From Cupriavidus necator (GTDB lineage Bacteria > Pseudomonadota > Gammaproteobacteria > Burkholderiales > Burkholderiaceae), in the NCBI RefSeq assembly GCF_016127575.1, contig NZ_CP066018.1:3090001-3122000 (forward strand): DNA of 32,000 nucleotides, read 5' to 3'. How positions within the stretch are numbered: position 1 is the first letter of the stretch; the number at the start of each line of letters is the position of its first letter. This document shows positions 26,182-32,000 of this stretch, piece by piece. A model generated the notes under the pieces. The model saw only the letters and a list, made by a program, of their open reading frames with translations. It was not told the origin of the DNA and did not search any database. The position numbers and the translations under genes are program-made.

Positions 26182-27258
26182 ATGATCCGACTTCTCTCCG
26201 GCGACCTGCCGCGCAGCCGCGTGCTGACCGTGATCCTGCTGGTGATCCTGGCGGCCCTGGCGTGCGCGCCCTTCGCCTTCCCCGGCGCGCGCGCGCTCAA
26301 CATGGCGGCCAAGATCTGCATCTTCGTGGTGCTGGTGGCCAGCTATGACCTGCTGCTGGGCTATACCGGCATCGTTTCCTTTGCCCACACCATGTTCTTC
26401 GGCATCGGTGGCTATGGCGTGGCCATCGCCATGTCGCGCATGGAGCCGGGCTGGGGCGCGCTGCTGGCCGGCACCGTGGGTGCGCTCGCGGTGTCAGCGC
26501 TGCTGGCGTTCCTGATCGGGCTGTTCTCGCTGCGGGTGCGCGCGATCTTCTTTGCCATGATCACGCTGGCGGTGGCGACCGCCTTTGCCACGCTGGTGTC
26601 GCAGCTGTCCGAATGGACCGGAGGCGAGGACGGGCTGACCTTCAAGGTGCCGGAGGTGCTGCGTCCCGGCTTCACGCTGGGCGAGGCCGAATGGCTGGGC
26701 GTGCCGCTGAGCGGCAAGCTGCTCAGCTACTACCTGGTGTTTGCCGGCGCGGTGGTGCTGTTCCTGGTGCTGCTGCGCATTGTCAACTCGCCCTTTGGCC
26801 GGGTGCTGCAGGCGATCCGCGAGAACGACTTCCGCGCCGAGGCGATCGGCTACCGCACCGTGGTGTACCGCACCGTGTCGACGGTGCTGTCGGCGATGTT
26901 CGCCACGCTGGCGGGCGTGCTGATGGCGATCTGGCTGCGCTACAACGGGCCCGATACCTCGCTGTCGTTCGAGATCATGGTCGACATCCTGCTGATCGTG
27001 GTGATCGGCGGCATGGGCACGCTCTATGGCGCGGTGATCGGCACGGTGCTGTTCCTGGTGGCGCAAACCTACCTGCAGGACGTGATGAAACTGGCCAGCG
27101 AAGCCACCGCCGCGCTGCCGCTGCTGTCGTCGCTGCTGCATCCGGACCGCTGGCTGCTGTGGCTGGGCTTGCTGTTTATCCTGAGCGTCTATTATTTCCC
27201 GCAGGGCGTAGTGGGGCGGCTGCGCGGCACCGGGCCCGTGCAGGACGTGGCAAGCTGA
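26182..27258 (+). CDS. Branched-chain-amino-acid-type ABC permease (LivM-like)
   Basis: Internal ATG of the 25921..27258 ORF. The product MIRLLSGDLPRS...LLGYTGIVSFAHTMFFGIGGY is a typical LivM-family motif. About 358 aa. Confidence 0.88.
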   Translation: MIRLLSGDLPRSRVLTVILLVILAALACAPFAFPGARALNMAAKICIFVVLVASYDLLLGYTGIVSFAHTMFFGIGGYGVAIAMSRMEPGWGALLAGTVGALAVSALLAFLIGLFSLRVRAIFFAMITLAVATAFATLVSQLSEWTGGEDGLTFKVPEVLRPGFTLGEAEWLGVPLSGKLLSYYLVFAGAVVLFLVLLRIVNSPFGRVLQAIRENDFRAEAIGYRTVVYRTVSTVLSAMFATLAGVLMAIWLRYNGPDTSLSFEIMVDILLIVVIGGMGTLYGAVIGTVLFLVAQTYLQDVMKLASEATAALPLLSSLLHPDRWLLWLGLLFILSVYYFPQGVVGRLRGTGPVQDVAS

Positions 27259-27272
27259 GCGGAGGCTAGCGC

Positions 27273-28817
27273 ATGTACGTCATCGACTGGCTGCACAAGA
27301 ATGCGCAGCATTTCCCCGACAAGGTCGCGCTGGTGGACGTGGAGAGCGGCCGCCAGGTGACCTATCGTAAATTCGACGAACGCGCCAGCCGCTTCGCGGA
27401 ATACCTGCGCGACCACCTGCAACTGGCGCCGGGCACGCGCGTGGCGGTGCTGGCGCACAACAGCTCGGATTATTTCGAGATGCTGTATGGCTGTGCCAAG
27501 GCCGGCATGGTGATGGTGTGCCTGAACTGGCGCCTGCCGGCGGCGGAGCTGCTGCCGATCCTGCAGGACTGCACGCCCGAGGTGCTGGTGGCCGGCGACG
27601 GCTTCCTCGCAGTGGCCGCGGATCTCGCGCGCGCCATGCCGCTGCGTGCGGTGCTGCACCTGGCCGACGACGAGGCCGCCGACGTTCCCGGCGGCTGGAC
27701 CGAGTACGAGGCAGTGCTCGATGCCGCTTCCGGCCGCATCATCGAGATGCCGTGCCGCGATGAGTCCGAAGTCTGGCACCTGCTCTACACCTCCGGCACC
27801 ACCGGCAAGCCCAAGGGCGTGATCCAGACCTACGGCATGGTTTTCTTCAACGCCGTCAACGCGATGCTGGCAAACAAGATCACGCGCGACGATGTGTTCC
27901 TCAATGTGCTGCCGTTCTTCCACACCGGCGGCCTGAACCTGTATGCCAACCCGGTGCTGCACGCGGGCGGCACGGTGCACATCATGCGGCAGTTCGAGCC
28001 GCAGGTGGTGCTGGGCAAGCTCGACCGCGCCGGCGGCGAGGGCATTACCATGTTCTTCGCGGTGCCGGCGGTCTACCTGTTCCTGAGCCAGCACCCGCGC
28101 TTCGCGCACGCGGACTTCGCCGGCGTGCGCAATATGTCAGCGGGGGGCTCGCCGGTGCCCAGGCCGTTGCTGGAGGCCTACCTGGCCAAGGGCGTGACCA
28201 TCTGCTTCGGCTTCGGCATGACCGAGACCGGCCCCACGGTCTTTGTCTGCGACGAAGACACCGCGCGCCGCAAGATCGGCACCATCGGCAAGCCGGTGGG
28301 GTCGATGCTGACGCGCATCGTCGATGCGGCTGGATTGGACGTGGGCCCGGGCGAGCGTGGCGAACTGCTGATCAAGGGCCCCGGCGTGACGCCAGGCTAC
28401 TGGAATCTGCCCGAGGCCACTGCGGCCGCGATCCGCGGCGGCTGGCTGCATTCCGGCGATATCGCCTATCGTGACGAGGACGGCGACTACTACATCGTCG
28501 ACCGGGCCAAGGACATGTTTATCTCGGGCGGCGAGAACGTCTATCCGGCCGAAGTCGAGAACGTGCTGTTCCAGCTGCCGGGCGTGGCCGAGGCCGCAGT
28601 AATCGGCACGCCGGATGCGCGCTGGGGCGAGGTCGGCATGGCGTTGGTGGTGCTGCGCCCGGGCGCCGTCCTGGAGACCGATGCCGTGATCGCCCACTGC
28701 AAGGCGCAGCTGGCCGGCTACAAGGTGCCGCGCCATGTGCGCTTTCTCGACGCGCTGCCGCGCACGCCGTCCGGCAAGGTGGAAAAACACAAGCTGCGCG
28801 CACAGTTTTCTGGCTGA
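27273..28817 (+). CDS. AMP-dependent acyl-CoA synthetase/ligase (FadD-like; substrate unknown)
   Basis: 514 aa. AMP-binding motif LLYTSGTTGKPKGV. Later GWLHSGDIAYRDEDGDYYIVDRAKDMFISGGENVYPAEVE and C-terminal PRTPSGKVEKHKL. Confidence 0.92.
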   Translation: MYVIDWLHKNAQHFPDKVALVDVESGRQVTYRKFDERASRFAEYLRDHLQLAPGTRVAVLAHNSSDYFEMLYGCAKAGMVMVCLNWRLPAAELLPILQDCTPEVLVAGDGFLAVAADLARAMPLRAVLHLADDEAADVPGGWTEYEAVLDAASGRIIEMPCRDESEVWHLLYTSGTTGKPKGVIQTYGMVFFNAVNAMLANKITRDDVFLNVLPFFHTGGLNLYANPVLHAGGTVHIMRQFEPQVVLGKLDRAGGEGITMFFAVPAVYLFLSQHPRFAHADFAGVRNMSAGGSPVPRPLLEAYLAKGVTICFGFGMTETGPTVFVCDEDTARRKIGTIGKPVGSMLTRIVDAAGLDVGPGERGELLIKGPGVTPGYWNLPEATAAAIRGGWLHSGDIAYRDEDGDYYIVDRAKDMFISGGENVYPAEVENVLFQLPGVAEAAVIGTPDARWGEVGMALVVLRPGAVLETDAVIAHCKAQLAGYKVPRHVRFLDALPRTPSGKVEKHKLRAQFSG

Positions 28818-28939
28818 GGCGCATGGCCGCGCCAGCGGTTGCCGTGTTTCCGATTTCCGCAGTTCGCAGTCTCCGCAGTCCTCGATCTGAAGACAATTCG
28901 ACAGCCCCGGCCATCCGGGTGCGACAGGAGGAGGTTGAC

Positions 28940-31096
28940 ATGCATTCCACGCAGATCCCGCCGCAGCAGAAACAGAAACGCCGCCTCAGGCTCACGGTGC
29001 TGGCGGCCGCCGCATCGATGCTGGCAGCCGCCTGCGTCTCGGGCGATGACAACAACAACGGCAACGGCAGCAACCCCAATACCAAGCCGGCGAATATCGG
29101 CACGGTCACGATCAACAGCTACAACGGCACCACCGACGACCTGCTCACTGCGGGCCTGGGCAAGGACGGCCTGGCCAGCGCCACCGCGCCACTGCCGGCC
29201 AATCCCACCGCGCCGACCGCGGCGGAGCTGCGGCGCTATGCGATCCATACCAACTATCGTGCCATCGTCGACACCACCGCCAGCGGCGGCTACGGCTCGC
29301 TCTACGGCCCCAATGTCGACGCGCAGGGCAATGTCACCGGTTCCGACGGCAAGGTGGCCGGCGTGGAGTACCTGGCCTTTTCGGACGATGGCTCGGGCCA
29401 GCAGAACGTGACCATGCTGGTGCAGATTCCCGCGTCGTTCAACACCTCGAAGCCATGCATGATCACCGCTACCTCGTCCGGTTCGCGCGGCGTCTATGGC
29501 GCAATCGCCACCGGCGAGTGGGGCCTGAAGCGCGGCTGCGCGGTAGCCTATACCGACAAGGGCACCGGCGCCGCGCCGCATGACCTGGATACCGACACCG
29601 TGCCGCTGATCGACGGCACCCGCGCCACGCGCGCGGCGGCCGGCAAGAACGCGCAGTTTGCCGCGCCGGCGGGGGCCACCTCGCTGGCGGACTTCACCGC
29701 TGCCAACCCGCACCGGCTGGCGTTCAAGCACGCGCATTCACAGCGCAACCCGGAGAAGGACTGGGGCAAGTTCACGCTGCAGGCGGTGGAATTTGCGATC
29801 TGGGCGATCAATGACCGCTTCGGCGCCGTGTCGGCCAACGGCACCCGCCAGCGCACCCTGGACAAGGACAGGATCGTGGTGATCGCGTCCAGCGTGTCCA
29901 ACGGCGGCGGTGCCGCGGTGGCGGCGGCCGAGCAGGATGCCGGCGGGCTGATCGACGGCGTGGCGGTGGGCGAGCCCAACCTGAACATGCCGCCCAATAC
30001 CGGCATCGTGGTGCAACGCGGCGCGACGCCGGTGGCAGCTTCGGGCCGCACGCTGTACGACTACACCACCACGGCCAACCTGCTGCAGCACTGCGCCGCG
30101 CGGGCCACCGCGCTGACCCAGGCGCCGTTCTACACCAACCCGGCCACGGCGACGTTCTTTGCCAACCGCTGCCAGACGCTGGCGGAAAAGGGGCTGGTGA
30201 GCGGCGCGAACACGGACGAACAGAGCGCCAGCGCGCTGCAGGCGCTGCATGACGCCGGCTGGGAAGCGGAATCGGACGATCTGCACCCGTCGCTGGCCGT
30301 GTTCGACGTGGCCGCCGCGATCTCGGTCAACTATGCCAACGCCTATGCGCAGGCCAGCGTCACCGACCGGCTGTGCGGCTACAGCTTTGCCAGCACGCTG
30401 ACCGACCTGAAGCCCGCGGCAATCGCACCCGCGGCGCTGGCGTCGATGTTCGCCACCGGCAACGGCGTGCCGCCGCAGCCGCCGGTCCAGCTGATCAATG
30501 ACCTCGATCCGCAGCATGGCCCGTACCTGAACCTGGCGTCTGTTTCACCGTCGACGCTGCGTGAAGACCTGAACTACGACGGCGCCAACTGCCTGCGCAG
30601 CCTGCTGGCCGGCTCCGACGCCGCGGCACGCGCCTTGCAGGCCGGCCAGGCGCTGACGCTGCGCAACGGCAACCTGCGCGGCAAGCCGGCGGTGATCGTG
30701 CACGGGCGCAGCGACGGGCTGCTGCCGGTCAACCATACCTCGCGTCCGTATCTCGGCCTGAACCGGCAGCAGGAGGGCGTGACCAGCAAGCTGTCATACG
30801 TGGAGGTCGAGAACGCCCAGCACTTCGATGCCTTCATCGGCCTGGTGCCGGGCTACAGCAACCGCTATGTGCCGCTGCACGTCTACCTGAACCGGGCCCT
30901 GGATGCGGTCTACGACAACCTCACCGCGGGCAAGGCGCTGCCGCCGTCGCAGGTGCTGCGCACCACGCCGCGCGGCGGCACCCTCAACACGCCCGCGCCG
31001 GCGCTGCTGCCGTCCAACGTGCCGCCGTTCGCCGCGTCGCCTGCGGCCGGCAACGCGATTACCGTCAACGCTAATGCCGTACAGGTGCCTGACTGA
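28940..31096 (+). CDS. D-(-)-3-hydroxybutyrate oligomer hydrolase family protein with lipoprotein-type signal peptide
   Basis: The ATG at 28940 is preceded by GGAGGAGG. About 718 aa, the size I remember for the 3HB-oligomer hydrolase family (PF10605; Ralstonia PhaZ2/PhaY-type). Contains VIASSVSNGGGAA, with a Ser-Val-Ser-Asn-Gly lipase-box-like motif that I recall being reported for this family. N-terminus MHSTQIPPQQKQKRRLRLTVLAAAASMLAAAC, followed by a GDDNNNGNGSNPN linker. The family call is from memory and was not searched. Confidence 0.72.
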   Translation: MHSTQIPPQQKQKRRLRLTVLAAAASMLAAACVSGDDNNNGNGSNPNTKPANIGTVTINSYNGTTDDLLTAGLGKDGLASATAPLPANPTAPTAAELRRYAIHTNYRAIVDTTASGGYGSLYGPNVDAQGNVTGSDGKVAGVEYLAFSDDGSGQQNVTMLVQIPASFNTSKPCMITATSSGSRGVYGAIATGEWGLKRGCAVAYTDKGTGAAPHDLDTDTVPLIDGTRATRAAAGKNAQFAAPAGATSLADFTAANPHRLAFKHAHSQRNPEKDWGKFTLQAVEFAIWAINDRFGAVSANGTRQRTLDKDRIVVIASSVSNGGGAAVAAAEQDAGGLIDGVAVGEPNLNMPPNTGIVVQRGATPVAASGRTLYDYTTTANLLQHCAARATALTQAPFYTNPATATFFANRCQTLAEKGLVSGANTDEQSASALQALHDAGWEAESDDLHPSLAVFDVAAAISVNYANAYAQASVTDRLCGYSFASTLTDLKPAAIAPAALASMFATGNGVPPQPPVQLINDLDPQHGPYLNLASVSPSTLREDLNYDGANCLRSLLAGSDAAARALQAGQALTLRNGNLRGKPAVIVHGRSDGLLPVNHTSRPYLGLNRQQEGVTSKLSYVEVENAQHFDAFIGLVPGYSNRYVPLHVYLNRALDAVYDNLTAGKALPPSQVLRTTPRGGTLNTPAPALLPSNVPPFAASPAAGNAITVNANAVQVPD

Positions 31097-31977
31097 TGAA
31101 CGATGCCCTGCCGCGCGTGCTGTCGCAGCGCGACTTTGACCGCTTCGCCGCCTTGTCGCACGACGACAACCCGATCCACTGCGATCCGGCCTTTGCCCGT
31201 GGCACGCATTTCGGTGCCACCGTGGCGCACGGCATGTTCCTGTTTTCGCTGCTGTGCGCCCACACCTGGCGGCAGCTGCCAGGGCCGGCGTTGCCGGTCG
31301 GGCAGACGCTGATGTTCCCGACGCCGGCCTTCGTTGGCGACACAGTGCAGATCGCGCTGGCGCCGCAGCACACTCCGGCGGGACTGGCGGGCTACGGCAC
31401 CACCGTTGGCAGCGCGGGCGGGCCGGGCGAGGCGCAGCGCGTCACGGCCGTGGGCGAATCGCTCTGGCTGCCGGATGCCGGGCCGGAGGGACTGGCCCGG
31501 CTGCCCGGCGACACGGCACCGGCGCCAGAGGCGGGCGACGCCTCACTGTACGGCCTGCGCCCCGGTCAGGAAGCCGGTGCGGCACGCGCCTTCACCCAGG
31601 CGGACCTGGACGACTACATCACCCTGACCGGCGACGCCAACCCCTACCACGCCGATCCGGCCTTTGCCCGCGCGCGCGGGTTTGGCGGGCCGGTGGTGCC
31701 GCTGCCGCTGCTGGCCGGCATGTTCTCGGACCTGCTCGGCACGCGGCTGCCCGGACGGGGCACGGGGTGGATGAAGCAGTCGCTGCGCCTCGCTTCAGCC
31801 GCGCGGCTGGATGAGCCGCTGACGGCATGCGTGCGCATCATGCGGCTGCGCGCCGGCAAGGACCTGGTCAACCTGGCCAGCGTGGTCACCGGCGCGGACG
31901 GGCGCGTGGTGGTGCAGGGCGAATCACTGGTGCTGGTGCGCAACCTGGCGGACAAGGGGGCCTGCCGCGCCGCCTAG
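31096..31977 (+). CDS. Tandem MaoC-like (hot-dog fold) dehydratase, R-specific enoyl-CoA hydratase-like
   Basis: 293 aa. It has two hydratase-2 motifs: LSHDDNPIHCDPAFA (N-terminal half) and LTGDANPYHADPAFA (C-terminal half), separated by a Gly/Pro/Ala-rich stretch. The ATG overlaps the hydrolase stop (TGATG at 31094-31098). Confidence 0.85.
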   Translation: MNDALPRVLSQRDFDRFAALSHDDNPIHCDPAFARGTHFGATVAHGMFLFSLLCAHTWRQLPGPALPVGQTLMFPTPAFVGDTVQIALAPQHTPAGLAGYGTTVGSAGGPGEAQRVTAVGESLWLPDAGPEGLARLPGDTAPAPEAGDASLYGLRPGQEAGAARAFTQADLDDYITLTGDANPYHADPAFARARGFGGPVVPLPLLAGMFSDLLGTRLPGRGTGWMKQSLRLASAARLDEPLTACVRIMRLRAGKDLVNLASVVTGADGRVVVQGESLVLVRNLADKGACRAA

Positions 31978-32000
31978 CTGCGTATCGCTTGCGGCACTTG

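Noticed and set aside
28823-28939. Upstream ATG (28823) giving a 757-aa version of the oligomer hydrolase
   Set aside because: The extra 39 residues (MAAPAVAVFPISAVRSLRSP...) would bury the signal peptide. The ATG at 28940 has a strong GGAGGAGG RBS and yields a canonical n-h-c signal region.

Overview
This is a high-GC chromosomal segment that looks betaproteobacterial. The Cupriavidus/Ralstonia-like assignment is only an inference from gene content and order. Most of the window is densely packed core genes. In order they are: lexA with two SOS boxes; an L-asparaginase; the rpsF-priB-rpsR-rplI operon; dnaB; a DUF47/PiT phosphate transporter pair; an NlpC/P60 lipoprotein; a PIN+PhoH ATPase; bcp; alaA-hom-thrC; and moeA-moaD-moaE-crcB. 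The right-hand third (about 19.7-32 kb) is more accessory-like. It holds an alpha/beta hydrolase divergent from a TetR gene. The TetR gene heads a tightly coupled same-strand cluster: crotonase, a five-gene Liv-type ABC importer, an acyl-CoA ligase, a 3-hydroxybutyrate-oligomer hydrolase with a lipoprotein-type signal peptide, and a tandem MaoC hydratase. I read this cluster as a candidate, uncharacterised salvage route for external PHB breakdown products, but this is inference only. The first ~600 bp are visibly more A/T-rich and end in a decayed 3' part of a tRNA-His gene. That suggests the edge (att site) of an integrated element lying to the left of the window. I saw no CRISPR array, rRNA, intact tRNA, transposase or recognisable defence system. 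The many long Arg/Ala/Gly/His-rich ORFs antisense to recognised genes are treated as GC-driven shadow ORFs. All coordinates of starts, hairpins and motifs were read by eye, and start codons are the least certain part.
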